DNA of 64,000 bases, from the NCBI GenBank assembly GCA_030295235.1, contig AP026126.1:1426001-1490000 (forward strand), written 5' to 3'. This DNA is from Fistulifera solaris (taxonomy: Eukaryota). Both the position numbers and the translations under genes were made by a program. Positions 1 to 13,595 of this stretch are shown one piece after another. The notes under the pieces were generated by a model. It searched no databases. It saw only the letters and a program-made list of their open reading frames with translations, and was not told the DNA's origin. How positions within the stretch are numbered: the stretch's first letter is position 1; each line of letters begins with the position of its first letter.

Positions 1-1
1 G

Positions 2-1509
2 GAGCTGACACAGGCTATCACAAGGAAGGAACGACAAGAGCGAGCTCTAGCAGCCTTAGTCTACGAGAAAGATCAGCTAGATCGAGAGCTTGTTCAGTGT
101 CGAGAATTCGAGTTAAAATACTTGAAAAAATTAGCCGGCGAGGAGGTAGGACCCGATTGTGACGGTAACACAGAAACGTTTGACCAAGAAGCCCTGTTTG
201 TAAAATACTTGAACGCAAATGTTCACGATCCAAATGACAAGCAGAAAATTATCGCTACTCTGCATCAGGAAATCACGGCTCGCGGAAGTTTTGAAAGAGA
301 CCTCAAACTTAATGAGGGTCAGCTAGAACGGATCAAAAAAGATCTGGCCATTAATGCTTCATTCCTCAAAAGTCTCCCAGATAATCTGTCCGTCATCGAA
401 AGGGCGACGATGCCTTTGCAAAAATTCATGGCTCACAAAACACCGCAAGGAACATTGCCCGTTGCAAGAATGATTGGCACGGACCGGAGACGTCGTTTGG
501 ATTTGGCTCGATTATTATGTGGACCTCTCTATACCTTGTTCGCACAACTGCAACATTATCTGGATCGCCCCGTTAGACCGGAGTCTGCAGGCAATTCGTT
601 TCTATCGTGCGCGGAAACAATGTCGCTGAGTATCTCGCCGGATGATTCCACGCACAGTGAGGTTATCCTGCATATTCCGATTCCCAACATATTAAATTCA
701 TCGACCGCACCAGGACAAACCAAAAAGTTTTAATTCACTTCCGCTACTACGAAAAGCATAATGTTATCACTGCATTTGCTAGCGGTGCAAAAACAACACT
801 GAATCAGGAGATTCTTCTCGATGAACTTTTTCCAAACGATTATCCGGATTCAATTGCCGATACAGACGGAAGACCTTACCACTGGTGTAACTACCTTGGA
901 GGTTTGCATGTTACCTACAAAAAACAAGAAAGCACGAGTCTTGGAGTTGTTTTGAGAGCCCTTGAACGACGCATACGGGCCAACGAGACGCTGAAGCATA
1001 TATTACATCAGCTAGAGAGGTGCTATGTGCCACAGACTTCTGGAAAAGAGACGCCTTGTCGACTTATCAAATTTGAAGCGACAGAGGAAGGAGAAAACAA
1101 CAAAAGATCATTGGAAAAGACCTACACAGTAGTGTTCGTTCCAAGAACGAGTGACGCTCAATTTATTGTCTCGGTATGTATCCATATGGCGCGCTATCCT
1201 GCAGTCCCTCCACGTTGGATGCTGAGTGGCAGCCATTTGGTTACATCCAACGACTGGAATGTAACCGATTCACCTCTTTACGATACGCATCTGGCTTCGT
1301 TGGAACGTTATGTCAACGCAGATGGATTAGTTGAGCTTCTGCAAAATAGTTTGTCGCCAATAAGAAACGACGAGGCAAATTACGAATGGATTCTTCTATA
1401 CCAGCTTCGATGTATTTGCGAACGCATTGCAACTAACTATAACGTTTCCCAAGCCGGTACTCGGCAGTTCAAAGGTCGCGATCATGCTCCAATCGACACT
1501 CAAAATTAA
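2..1509 (+). CDS. THOC5: THO complex subunit 5 (Fms-interacting protein); 5'-truncated by window edge
   Basis: Frame 2 is open from base 2: LVYEKDQLDRELVQCREF, LHQEITARGSFE, FLKSLPDNLSVIERATMPLQKF, ARLLCGPLYTLFAQL resemble THOC5. A frameshift in the A-run at ~722-726 joins to VLIHFRYYEKHNVITAF...RPYHWCNYLGGL and ORF 904-1509. Confidence 0.75.
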
Positions 1510-1657
1510 CTCTGTTTTAAACACCTTTCCATTATTTATTCGTAGCGCTTTCTTTGTAAAGAAATTCGGAAGAGGATTTTTATCGTAATATACAGCTATC
1601 CCGTTTGCGTAATTGGGTTGAACTCGCCCCAATCAGTCAGGCCAAGATTACAAAATT

Positions 1658-3359
1658 CTACATTCCACCATCTCCAACGGCCTGACCCTGTTTTTGTTTT
1701 TCGATAGCACGCGCCAGCTCGGAACCCTCAATCGTACCGTCCAGGTGGGTATTCGTAATTCGCTGATTTTTTCTTTTCGTAGTATCGTCTTTTCTTTGGC
1801 TTGCCATCGTTGTCTAGATTGGTGCCCGTCCTGCTCAACCGTGGTCGCCGCACTGTTTCTCCGGGATCCAAAAGCTTGTGCTCTCGTAACTTTTGCTCCA
1901 GTTCGTGATCAGACTTTGGAACCTCTTTGCGCGTGGCCAGGTACATATCCCTGACATCCAGTGTGCAGCCATGACGACGCGCGTGATTATAAAGAGACAG
2001 CGCCGGAGTTGTTGCAACTTTGGCAATATCTTCCTTTGGGATCCGTTGCTGGTGCTGTTGATTGGCATGCGAATGTCCCGCCGCAACATTCCCATTGGGC
2101 CGCTTCTGAACGCTGGTAGACGTAGGGGTCGCGATGGATTTTGCCAAAGTGACAGGATTCGATGCGTGCGCTCGCGAGCCAAAGAGCTGTCCAGCCGCAC
2201 CCCCGAACGCCCATGCACCATTTTAATGAGAGTTTCACGCGCCTTTCGAGCTTCTTGAATATTTTCGATCGTCTGAGGATGCAAAGCTGCATCCACAGGA
2301 ATCTTAACGTCTGTAAATGGCCGTATATATCCATCTAATTCATTCTTTTGTCAAGCTCTTTCAACGATACGACGGACAAAGGAGCCTGGGCGCGAACCGG
2401 TTGTTCAGATAAAGGGCCTTCTTTGACCGCTGACGACACTCGGAACCACTGCCCACCTATCTGAATTGCCTCTCCTCTTCTGATTTGAGTACGGGGATCC
2501 ATATCAATGTCTGCTATGTATATTTGCGGAATCACATCATCAGCACCTCCATTCGGTGGCTGATCTTCGTTCCCGACCTTAACGGCTACCGTAGCAGGAT
2601 CCGAGGTAATTTCGGTCGGAGTCGATGGTTGCTTGTCTGTCAAGTCATTCTCGGGAGACTTTTCGGGAGCAGGAGTGACTTTGGGTTCGGGAAGCGTCAA
2701 GTGAATCAGACCATCCAATTCCACAATAAATGGCTCACCTCGCTTGATGTCCAGAATAAGACTATTCATTAGCTATCGAAGCAGCAAAACCCTCCATATC
2801 GATTAGAACGTACCGCAAACAAAGTTTTATCACGATCTTCTCCTTTCACAGCAATAATATCTCCCGCAGTAATAAGAGCGTTCAAATCTTCATTGACGGT
2901 GGAGTAGGAATCCAACAGATCACGAAGAGAAATTCCGGAAGTCATGCGATTAATTTGTGCCAGTAGTGTTGCGCGATTGCGGACGCTCGTATACTTTGCC
3001 TGATACGCGTATGTTGCCACGCGGAGTGTCGGATTCTCGGGGTCCGGAACCATCTCGACGCGGACCTTGGGGTTGCGCTGTAACATTTCCACCACTTTCT
3101 GATTGGAAATCAAGTCCAAATCAATGCCCGTTGATTTGTATATGACATTCGTTCCTAAACATCCCGATCCGCGGTGATCTCGAAGAAATGCCAAGATATC
3201 GAATTGTTTCTCTAAATCGGGTTTCTTTTCTACATCGATCGATGATAGAGGTTGTAATACATCTATGGCTCCATTTTCGCTGGTCTCTTCTACTTTGAAG
3301 CCATCGCTTTCTAGCACGTGTTCCGTTCGTAAGAAATCGAAACCATACTGATTTGACAT
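1658..3359 (-). CDS. GTF2E2: Transcription initiation factor TFIIE beta subunit, with long insertion
   Basis: LQRNPKV, YAYQAKY, LLAQINRMTSGISLRDLLDSY...LITAGDIIAV...KTLF. Intron 2813-2743. C-terminal basic run plus RITNTHL appears after correcting homopolymer indels at ~2348, ~2202 and ~1770. Confidence 0.7.
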
Positions 3360-3733
3360 ATTATATATGTATTTATGAATGAAGTTGACAAACAAAGAGA
3401 TGGGTAGAAATGAAATGCAATCCTAAAGCTGCTTTCTCCTCCTCCTCGAGCTTTTTGTGAGTGTCATGTGTCATTATTGCAACATCAAAAAAAAAACGCG
3501 GGTGTCGTCGCACAAATTTTCTTGCCTCGTAAATAACTCCAACTCTAAGTGGTTAAAAAATTCTCGCCGCTCCAGATTTCTTTCTTTGCATCGTAGCGGT
3601 TATCGGACTGGTGTTCGTTTTGTTGACGACAAAAAGAACAACATTCATTTGCGACGGAAAGATACAAGAAAACGGTTGATTCTTGTACAAATTAAACAAA
3701 GAGAACCTTATAACAACACAAAAATATAGGAAC

Positions 3734-5416
3734 ATGGAGTTACCATTTGCTGTGGAGTCAAGCGAAGAACTGCCCAGTAACCACAGTGACGATGGTTCGC
3801 TCGTGACAGCATCGTCTCAGGATGACAGCACCATCCTGCAGCCCTACGGCAACAGTGCTCATGAATCCTTTGCTTCTGCGTTTCTTCCCACTCGATTAAT
3901 TAGTGCTGTGTCCTCACAATGGAGTGCAACCGTACAGCCTTCTGCAAAGCAATCGAATACTGCGGCAACCGCCGTGGAAATGAATGATTATACTTATGTC
4001 AATGTTTTTGAGACAGACGAAGTGGATATTGTAGTGCCACATGACAACGAAAACACGCTCGATAATACAAAGAAAACATCTACAGAGACGCTCACAACAG
4101 ATTTGTTGACCTTACTACTCAATCCTACGACTTCGACGGATTTAAGCCGACTCATCACGAAAGCGAACGAGGCGGTCGCACAAGGTGCGGCCGCAAAGAA
4201 ACAAGGTGATCTGTTGGCTGCGGTACAGCATCAATCCCAAGCGGCACAATGCTACTACCAGGCGGCTATGCACTGTCGACAGCAAGGATATGGTACGTTC
4301 GTTTGGGCCTTTTCTGTGGTGAGGAGCACTTGTAACAAAAGACTCAGTTTTGTTTCATTATGCAACAGTCTCATTTATGAAGTCGCTGCTACTTCTCAGC
4401 CATATACAGGCCAAGGCAGCGGCTGCGTTGCAGCAGGTACTTAAACTACCGGCCAGTGGATTGAGAGATTTGGTGCGGGGGGCATTGAAAGAAGACACTT
4501 CTCCTGATTTGACGGAGTCCACGTTCTTGGGGGTTGCTAAATCCTCGAAACCAATGAGGCTATCTGCTGGCCATATTTCAAGCAATCAAGGTCTAGGAAA
4601 GCAAACGCGGCGCCCCGAAGAATCTTCGCTTACAACAGACGGAGAAATGAATCCAGTGGATGAAATGCTGGCGTTAGAGCGGGAGCTTCGTGACATTGAT
4701 ATGACATTGGAAATGGGTCATTCTATCGCTTCTATAGACGCTAGAAAGGGCAATCCCATAAAGATGGACGGAAGCTTTATGGTCGTGCGCTCCGCTCTAC
4801 CTACTCCTCGCGCTCGTGCTAATCGAGTACAACCGACACGCGCAAAGACGCCCCATTACCAAGAGATTCACTCAACCCTGGACGCGTCGCAAACTTTGAG
4901 TTCGTCGGTGGCATCCCTTGCAGCCAGCGCAGTCGTACTGTCACCTGTCCAATCGAACAACCAGTATTCGCAGCAAAGTTCGCACCCTGAGAACACGAAG
5001 CAAATTATGCGTCTCATGGACAGTCTCAAAACTTTGGGCGACGAGAATGCTGCTCTCTTGCGCAGGGTAGAAGATGCTGAGCGCGCGCGGATTGAAGCCA
5101 AGACAGCTCAGAAAGCAATGGAGAATTTTAAAGAAGAATACAATGCTAAATTTCAGTCTCTCAAACTCGCCCTGAAACGATTTCAAACAGATTATCCTTC
5201 TCGTGAAAATCCTGTCAACGCGAGTGAGTTCACCAATGAAAACCACCAAAATGACCAGCTCATTCGCAAATTGAAGGCCGACTTGCAAAAGAGAAAGAGC
5301 AAAGCAAGAAGAAAGATGCCGCGTTAAAGAAGTACGAAGCATTCTACAAGGAAGTTAAAGCCAGAAGTGCAATGAAGCAAGCACAAAGGAAACAGCAGCA
5401 TCAAACGCAGAGCTGA
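3734..5416 (+). CDS. Hypothetical protein with helical (MIT-like) segment and C-terminal coiled coil
   Basis: ORFs 3683-4444 and 4350-5327 are joined by GT-AG intron 4293-4368. An A-run indel at ~5288 restores the end EKEQSKKKDAALKKYEAFYKEVKARS...QS*. Confidence 0.65.
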
Positions 5417-6275
5417 TCAGGTGGATGCAAACGCTGCCCCCAACAACTCTTTACCTGGATGACAGTACAGTTAAATCACTGATTGGCTTTTTGGTTTCTC
5501 AAACTTGACGCGTCGGCTTCCTTGAGACCAAACAATCACGCTTATGAAGCTCAGCTTAACACATTTGTTAATTTTTGGCACGATGGACGACATTGTCCTT
5601 AAAAAGACGAAAACTTGACATTTTTAAAGCTGGAATCTTTCTTTCTTCTCAGCCGTCAAAGTTGAATGATGCCCTTAGTACGGTCAATGAACAATGTATT
5701 GCAGTTCTCGTAGTTTTCGCTTCAGCAAACATTTTTGCATCACGTAGAAATCCACACCAAAAGATCAAAAGCAGAATTAATAAAAGCAAATTCATCGATG
5801 TGTTCACAGTGGCTACTCAATGGCTGGTGAAGAATATAGGTCGGCGATCGTTGCTACATAAATACTGGGACTGCAGCTATTATTTGAATCACATCGAAGG
5901 CAAACAAACAATAAAATGCTGCTTACACATTTGTAGCCAAGGACAGCATTGATAAGAGCAACATCACCGATGTACTCACACTAGGGGCTTACTAGCCTGT
6001 CAAGGTTCGGTCGACAATAACAGCGCGGCCATCGTTTTTTCACAAGCAGTGAGCAACATATCCCGGGATTGCAGTTAATTTCAGTCACAGCGTTTGGTCG
6101 CCTACAATTTACTTTACAGTACTTGTACTATTGTGCATTCGGTATTGTGCCGAGTGCCGAGACGACAGCTAAAATCCCTTCGCAAAACGACCTCAAGCCT
6201 CAAGTCATCGTATCCTCCTCCTCCGCAAAGCCGCCGTATTAACCGCAAAAACAGGTCCATAAAAAGATCGCGACC

Positions 6276-6995
6276 ATGACGAGGTCGCTGCTGTTGTTTG
6301 CTTTAAGCCGTCTATCATCGCTTAAAGAAAGTTCTCTAACCCCGTTGCAGCGCCCGACACATATTGCTCGAATGGCGACGTTTACCGGAGAAAAGGCCAT
6401 GGTGGTCGATCCCTTTTGTTTTCGACAATTTTCCGAGAATGAAGCTAGTGCTTCGTATGGTGGGACAGTGTTTCAGTTATCTATTGCGGAGTTTGAAGAT
6501 ATTGTGAACGCTAGATATCGTGGATCGAATCTGAAAGATGGATATGCTCCATTCTGCAAGCACATTTTCGTCGAAAATGATTTTACAGACGCTGTGGTCA
6601 ACGTCTTACCCATTACACCCGAAAATGAAAGCAAATTGCGTTCCAAATATGAAGCCAGGAATGACAAAGAACTTCCGGTTCTCACTCGATGGTTTCCTGC
6701 AGAGTTGGTGGGAAAGGATTTGCCTAAAGCAAAGTTTCTGGATTTGATTCTGTACAGCCGCGAACAGATAAACAAAGAAAATGCTGCGCAAGGACGGGCC
6801 GAAAACGTTGTCACCGCGCCTTGGGGTATTGTTAGTATTAAAGCTCAAGATGCGGATCATGAACTTCCAATGACCCCTATAACAGCGATGAGGAATGCTT
6901 TGGGAAAAGAAGAAGGCGGTTCGGGCATTCCGATCGATCGTCAACAATACATGGAAGCAGTAAATTATTGGAAGGATCATGCTACCTTCTCTTAA
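6276..6995 (+). CDS. DUF3228-family conserved protein
   Basis: DGYAPFCKHIF, YEARNDKELPVLTRWF, LDLILYSREQINKE, WGIVSIKAQ, PMTPITAMRNALGKEEGGSG. Confidence 0.85.
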   Translation: MTRSLLLFALSRLSSLKESSLTPLQRPTHIARMATFTGEKAMVVDPFCFRQFSENEASASYGGTVFQLSIAEFEDIVNARYRGSNLKDGYAPFCKHIFVENDFTDAVVNVLPITPENESKLRSKYEARNDKELPVLTRWFPAELVGKDLPKAKFLDLILYSREQINKENAAQGRAENVVTAPWGIVSIKAQDADHELPMTPITAMRNALGKEEGGSGIPIDRQQYMEAVNYWKDHATFS

Positions 6996-7084
6996 CATAC
7001 AATTCTACGATTCACTAGCGAAAGTCGAAAACAATTTCTGTATTGCTTACTTTGCAGTTACGATAATTATACTCTCATTTTCGC

Positions 7085-8582
7085 TCAGGCCGCGGACTTG
7101 TATTCTTTGATCACATCCCCCGCAATGACCAAATGTTGAATCTCACTGGTCCCTTCGTAAATTTCCGTGATCCTTGCGTCCCGATAGTGTCGCTCGGCAG
7201 GCATGTCGCTCACATAGCCCATACCACCCAAGATTTGAATGGCCTGGTGGGCACACATAGTGGCGGCTTCCGACGCTGCTAGTTTGGCCATGGCTGCTTC
7301 CCGCGTATACTTTTGCTTGCTATCCTTCAACTGCGCAGCACGCCATGTCAACAAACGAGCCGAGTCACGAGCTACTACCATGGCACTAATTTTGTTTTGA
7401 ATGGACTGCAAGCTCGAAATCGGTTTGCCGAATGCTTGTCGTTCTAGCGCGTACTTGACTGCACAATCGATCGACGCCGACGCAATGCCCAACGCCTGCC
7501 CAGCAACACCGATACGACCACCATCGAGAGTTTGCATGGCAATTTTGAACCCTTCACCCAGCTTGCCAATAAGGCAATCTTTGGGAATGCGTACTTGGTC
7601 CATGATCAAGTTTGCTGTCGACGAGGCCCTGATTCCCAGCTTATCTTCCTTGGCACCCAATGAAAAGCCTGGACTATCCATGGGAACCACAAACGCCGAA
7701 ATTCCCTTGTGTCTAGAGAAAACCGAAACGAACACGAGAAACAGCTGAGACAAACCGAGCAAAGCGAAAATTGACTATACGCAATAACCGCCTTCTGACG
7801 ACCACTTCGCCAGACTTGCTGATGGACTCAAAATCAACTTACTTGAGACTCTTATCAGTTGTCGCAAATACCACTGCAGCACTCGATTCATGAGCATTTG
7901 TGATCCATGCCTTTGTTCCATTCAGAACCCATTCATCTCCTTCGAGCTTGGCCGTGGTGGATGCGGCACCGGCATCACTACCGTTTCCTGGCTCACTCAA
8001 ACCGAAGCATCCCACTTTGAGGTCTCCGCTGTCCGTCGTGCACTTGGCATAAGGAGCTATCCATTGTTCGTGTTGTTCCGGGGTACCGAATGCTTGAATA
8101 GGATACAGATAAAGCGAGTTGTGGGCGCTCATGATGACTCCGACGCTGGCACATCCACGTGAAATCTCTTCCATGGCAATGGCGTAGGACAGTGCATCTA
8201 ATTCCGATCCGTTATACTCTCCTGGAATGTTAATGCCCATCAAACCAAGTTCGGCCTGTAAATGTTGCAATCACAGGTTTAAGTCATGGTGACGCTGCAG
8301 ACACGGCAAACGGCAATGGATAGACATCGCCCGGTCGTAAGTATATGGCAAGACAGGCCACAGCATACTTACCAGTTGTGCGACGGCATTTTTAGGAAAC
8401 GAATGTTTCTTATCCCAATCATGAGCATTAGGGGCTAACTCTTCATCGGCGAACTTCCGACACATCTCGTAGATCATTCGATGCTCCTCGGGTAGCATCG
8501 AATGCGTCGTATACGATGCTCGCAGAGACGTTGCAGCTCGGCGAGCCAATTTAGAAGAAAGGGGGCGAGCTAGGAGACTCAT
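7085..8582 (-). CDS. ACADS: Mitochondrial short-chain acyl-CoA dehydrogenase, 3 exons
   Basis: [64 protein letters not shown]. Introns 8372-8256 and 7842-7713. Arg/Ser-rich N-terminus. Confidence 0.93.
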
Positions 8583-9238
8583 GACGGAATCAGTGGAGGA
8601 GGTGAGTGTATTGCAGTGTTCAAAGTCAGTTGCAACCACTTGTTGTCGATGCGAATGCAAATTTTTAGTTGTTTGGCGTCAAGAATGGTGGGCGAAGAAG
8701 GAGAAGAAAAGATCGCCCGACCCGATCTCTTGATGGTGCGGAATTTTGATGTCAGTGTTTGAGTATAAAACATGTCACACCGCTGTTAAAGAACATCGAC
8801 GCGATAGGTTGTGTTTTGGTTTTCGGTCCACATTCCGCGCTCATCAAAAAACCGTGTCCCGTGACTGTACCCCTATTCAGTTTATGTCAGTGTGTAGTGT
8901 GTAGGATTTCAGTGTTTGAGTCACGAGTCTTTAGGTGAGTTCAGTCTGTCAATGCGTCCTCAGTGACTTTTCGTTATCACACTACGACACGAGTGAATTC
9001 TTGAGTACCGTTCGGCAACAAGCTTTACCATTTCGCTATCGGCCAAAGTGACAAGTGCCTTGTGCAAAGAAAACACGATGAAACCTAAAAGTGGATTCGA
9101 AGTTGTGTGTTCTTAAAAAAAATTTTAGCGAGCGCATAGCTCAATAACAAGGAAGTCGGCGTTACGGGCACTGTTTCGGTGCGTTTCGTAGGTAGTCAGC
9201 CGAGGAAGAGGCCGGACCAGTTGCAGTCCATCCGTTCG

Positions 9239-9958
9239 ATGATGCGTGAACTCCAGGCGTCATTTTGCACTGTAGTAATAGGTGCAATGTTGTTTCAAAA
9301 AGGTCTGTTTGTACACGCATTGCACAGACATTCAACATCAGAGGTAGCACCGTCTGAGAATACATTCCTCGAGCATGTCATTTGGGAGGAAATAGTGGAG
9401 GACGACGATACACAAGGACAAGAACCAAATGATAACAAAAATGATCAGTCGAAACGACAGCTCATTTCTTTTGACGACCAAGATACGACACAGACAACAA
9501 TAAAAACCCATGACGAAGTGCGCGAATCAATGGAGCCACATCCTCTCAGGACTGACCGATTTCGCTTACAAATTAGATGGAGGCGGAAGCCTTGGTCGAT
9601 AACGCCCGAAACTGGAGAAATGAGTTTTGAATTCAACAAGCAAGGTCATGTAAGATACCTGGATCCCAATACGAATCATATTATGTCTCTTATCGGTGAA
9701 TGGGATGTTTCGTGCGATACATTGTGCTTTCGAATACCCATTACCGGAGAAGCTAAACAACGGCTGGTCTTTACTGCGGATGTGTGCCTTAATCCATTTG
9801 GGCTACAGCCAAAACTTCTGCGAGGTGTGATTCTAGAAGACAAATTGCGAACTTTTGGCTATTTTCGTTTCCGAAATGTTCTGGGAACTTTTTCAGGACA
9901 AGGAATCGGGGATGATATGGGTGATTTATCGTATCGAGGAAGAAAGAGAGCATGGTAA
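9239..9958 (+). CDS. Hypothetical protein with signal-peptide-like N-terminus
   Basis: ~240-aa open frame with hydrophobic N-terminus, flanked by convergent LPA3; no recognised family. Confidence 0.55.
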   Translation: MMRELQASFCTVVIGAMLFQKGLFVHALHRHSTSEVAPSENTFLEHVIWEEIVEDDDTQGQEPNDNKNDQSKRQLISFDDQDTTQTTIKTHDEVRESMEPHPLRTDRFRLQIRWRRKPWSITPETGEMSFEFNKQGHVRYLDPNTNHIMSLIGEWDVSCDTLCFRIPITGEAKQRLVFTADVCLNPFGLQPKLLRGVILEDKLRTFGYFRFRNVLGTFSGQGIGDDMGDLSYRGRKRAW

Positions 9959-10031
9959 AATGTTTTCACTTTAATTTGCGATGTAAACTGAGGATTCACG
10001 AGTTCAAGTGCTTGAGTTCTTTTATTATGTC

Positions 10032-11139
10032 CTATGTTACCCAAGCGTCGCTGGCTTGTTCCCGATCTTCTTCCCACCATGTAGTGGTCTTGTAGCCAGT
10101 ACGTAGCCATTCGAGAGCCGATCCTTCGTCCTGAACTACACCTTGTTTCTTCAACTCATCGGTGAGCTGCTCTTTAAAGGTACCGAGTGAAGGGCGAATC
10201 TTATTTCCCACGATTCGTCGGTACCTGCCTGTTCCTGTATCAAGCAGCGTTTGATATTCACCTGGGTATGTGCGGAACAAGCATCCTTGGTAATTGACCA
10301 TGAACGGTGGATTTGGAGTCGATCGACTATATTGGCGAGTTCGAAGGTAGTATACTGGCTTAATTCGAGATAGGAAGCGATCGTGTAAGTCTTTTCCCGG
10401 AAAAGCAGGCGCACCTAAATCACCCCGTAAAATATCGAGTTTCATATTGTAGCAGACAACTGGCTTTTTGCGGATCAAGGCCGTGTAATTCTTCAATGTC
10501 TGGTAATTCTTGAGCTGAAGCGATCAAACAAATATACATATCCGCCTCATCAACTCCTGTGACTGTTCCAGGGCTATTGCCAAAAAGACTCAAAAGTAGC
10601 TGCTCTGGTTTAAAGATGCGAGTATCATCCGGATCGCTTTTGCGAAGGGAGCTGATTGTTACCCCAGGATACGGATCAGTAGTTCCAATCTTCTCTTTGA
10701 TAATATCAAGTTCAGCCTCGTCGGGAAGCATGATGGCGATCTTCCTGAGCTGAGTCTCAGAGTCTTTTGTTGCTGTTAATAGCCCTTTAGAAAACTCTAG
10801 AGCGAGGTTAACATTTGCCTCGGCCACATCGTAGGCGCTAACATCGTCCATCTCCAAGACACTGGCAGGAAGAGGGGGAAATTCAATCTCCAACAATTTG
10901 TGTCCATCCTTCAGAGCCAATCGAGTAGCTCGGATCGAGTCCTGCTGCAGCTCAAAAAAGGAACTTGGTGGTGAAAGCTTCGAAGAATACTCAGTGAACT
11001 CGGCCACACTCTCTTCCGACGGCGGGGGTATGTTGTAAACGCTTGTTCGTTGTAAGCGGCGCCCAGGCGTGGATGCTAGCCACGCAAGGCTGATTTGGCA
11101 CTGCAGACTAAGCAATGTCCCAACAGCCAATATCTTCAT
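10032..11139 (-). CDS. LPA3: LOW PSII ACCUMULATION 3 / DUF1995 plastid protein
   Basis: LLEIEFPPLP, LDILRGDLGAPAFPGKDLHDRFLS, YQGCLFRTYPG, LEWLRTGYKTTTWWEED...AW. Signal peptide present. Homopolymer frameshift at ~10465. Confidence 0.85.
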
Positions 11140-11522
11140 GGTTGTTTCCTTTGACGATGTGATTTAGTAAAATGATAATAATAAGGTGAAGAACCAAAAT
11201 ACTTTTTAGGCAAAAGTTCATAATGACGTCGCGACGACTGCGAACAAAAGCGAGAGAACATAAAGGAGGGTTGAAAATGCCGACAATTACGTCAGTGCGT
11301 GAACCAAACAATTCACGAGTCTGAAAATCGTCTTCAGCAAGTGAACGGTATGCATCGCAACGATCTGCAATAAAACTTCGGCATCAAGAAGCGAGGTGTG
11401 CATAATAAGCATTGGTGGCGGTCATTTTGTCGTATTGAAGAAACTTATAGCTTACCAAGCTAGCAAACAATAGGTGGGTGAATCATAGTCTGGCTTGAAT
11501 AATACTAACTTTTGTATTTGTT

Positions 11523-12444
11523 TTAAACTTTTGCAGTACTTTGGTTTGTTTGTCCAAGCGCCAAAAACTGCTGAACTGGTTCGGGCAGAGTGTTGGGATC
11601 AATGTCATCCACATTCGAAAACAGCTTGCACCACAAAGCAGGCGTCAAAACGAACTCTACCCAAGTAAATCTCGGTGCACCGATAAATGGAAAGAAATCG
11701 ACGACGGGATCAACTGGAGCTTCCATATTGCGTTTTCGATACCAATATTGAGAAAGATAGTGCACTTGTCGTAGCCCGACGATCAAATCAAACGGGAAGA
11801 AGATAGGCAGTGTCCACCATAAAGACAGAGGTTCTTCCAGCCCTTCTTCACGATACAGTTCATTAACTCGATCGTAGAGGACAAACTGCGTATAATAAAT
11901 GAACACAATCCCTAAATTCGACCAGTTCATCCCTCCCGGAAGATGTAGTACGTACGCCAAAGGACCCAACAAGCAGCCGTACACGAAAGGCCCCAGCGTT
12001 CCATAACCACCAAGACCTTTCGGTGTCTTCCCCCCTCGTATTTCCATTTCTAAAAGTTCCTCTTCGACCGCAAACTTGTAATATCCATACCACAACAAGC
12101 CCGACGGGACGCTGCCGAGAATGACAAGCCACAAAGGACGCGGCACTCCCGGCTCCCCCTGGCGGGGACGTGAGTTTTCCGAGTACACTCTCTTCGACGT
12201 TGTTGACTTTTCGAAGCGCAAAATATTCTAAAACAGCCAGAGGGACGGGCTTCTTGAAAAACTCATTGACTTGAACGTTCCACGAGGTGTTTGCGTCAGT
12301 AGTCTGGCGAAAGTCGGCATTCTCTGCCGATATTTGAGTTGAGATCTTCGTTTGTGTATGTGACGTTGAAGGAGAAAAGGCGTTGGTTTGTAACAGAGGA
12401 AAGCACAGGGCAATGAGCCGAAGCCAGCGCTTGCCAAGCGACAT
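11523..12444 (-). CDS. Plastid-targeted multi-pass membrane protein of unknown function
   Basis: Signal peptide + TNA-FSP presequence. A G/C-run frameshift at ~12157 joins TSPPG to EPGVPRPLWLVILGS. Several hydrophobic helices. Confidence 0.65.
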
Positions 12445-12850
12445 TTTTCGGTTCTGAGTGAGGCCAAATAATGAATTACCGCCCTTACTCCTCAAAACCG
12501 AGCGCGCAACAAATATAAGAAAAATTCAGGGCTTCTTTTCAAAGACTGTCAACGTCTCCGAGAAGGACTAAAGTGAAAGCTATCTTCAAGAATAACAACA
12601 ACAATATTGAGTAATTTGAAGGGAAAACGGCTGCGCCAAATTCTCGTGATACCGGTGCGTCATTTATTCAGTTCTCGTCCGCGTTGACACCGATGAGTCA
12701 GGCGAGTGTGACTGTGTGACAAGTGACAAACAACGAGAACGTATTATCTCGCGTTCATCACGAAAGACACTTTCTCAGTAAAGCAGATCATTCCTGAAGT
12801 AGATCCTTTCGCTTACAAGTAGCAAGAACCGACCAACAAATATTGCAACC

Positions 12851-13595
12851 ATGAAGTTTTTGTTCCTTTTGACATCTTCATTGGGCCTTTGTGCTGCATT
12901 TCAGCCGTCCTCTCAACCATCGCGTCCAGCAAGCGTCTCTTCGGCCCTTCAGACGTCCGTTGAAATTAGCTCTCGACAAGATTTCTTCAAGCAGGTCACA
13001 GCTGCAGGTGTAGCTGTTGGAGTCTCTTTCATTGGAGCCGAACCAGCAGCTGCGAGAGGACGAGCGACCCTGGAAAAATCATTCGAACGATATGCTCCTC
13101 GTGTGCGTGCAGGAGGCAAATTTTACGCCACGGAACTTCGTGCCCTTGTCGGAAAAAAACGACTGGGTGGGAATCAAGAATGCCCTGCAAGAACCCCCGG
13201 AGCGAAAGAAAGAGGATCTTGTTAAGGCCGATGCTGGTGTTGCGGCACGTGCCAAGCAAGCCGGAGGATTCTCCGACGCCAGGGTCTTGGTTGCTGCCGA
13301 TCTTTTGGCAGGTTCATTCTCGGACAACTCGATTGCTCCCAAGACGAAAAAGATGCAAGCTGCTGTTGCAGAATTACGTGAAGTTGTGAAAGAAATGCAG
13401 AAAGTGACACGACAGGCTCTTGGAGAAGAAAAGGGAGGACTGTTTGGCTTGGGTGCCAAGAAACCGAATGAGGCCGAGCTTTCCAAAAAGATGAAAGAAC
13501 TCTACGTCAAAGGTGGAAACGCCTGGAATGAGTATGTGCTGGCGGCGAATGACGAACTGGCATTACAGTTTGAAAGATTTGAGTACATTAAATAA
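12851..13595 (+). CDS. Probable thylakoid-lumen helical protein (possibly PsbQ/Psb31-like fold)
   Basis: Signal peptide + CAA-FQP, then SRQDFF + hydrophobic stretch + PAAA. A-run frameshift at ~13153-13159 joins the two ORFs. Confidence 0.65.

Noticed and set aside
5575..5952. 125-aa ORF in an intergenic gap
   Set aside because: Non-ATG start, no recognisable motif, AT-rich; probably spurious.
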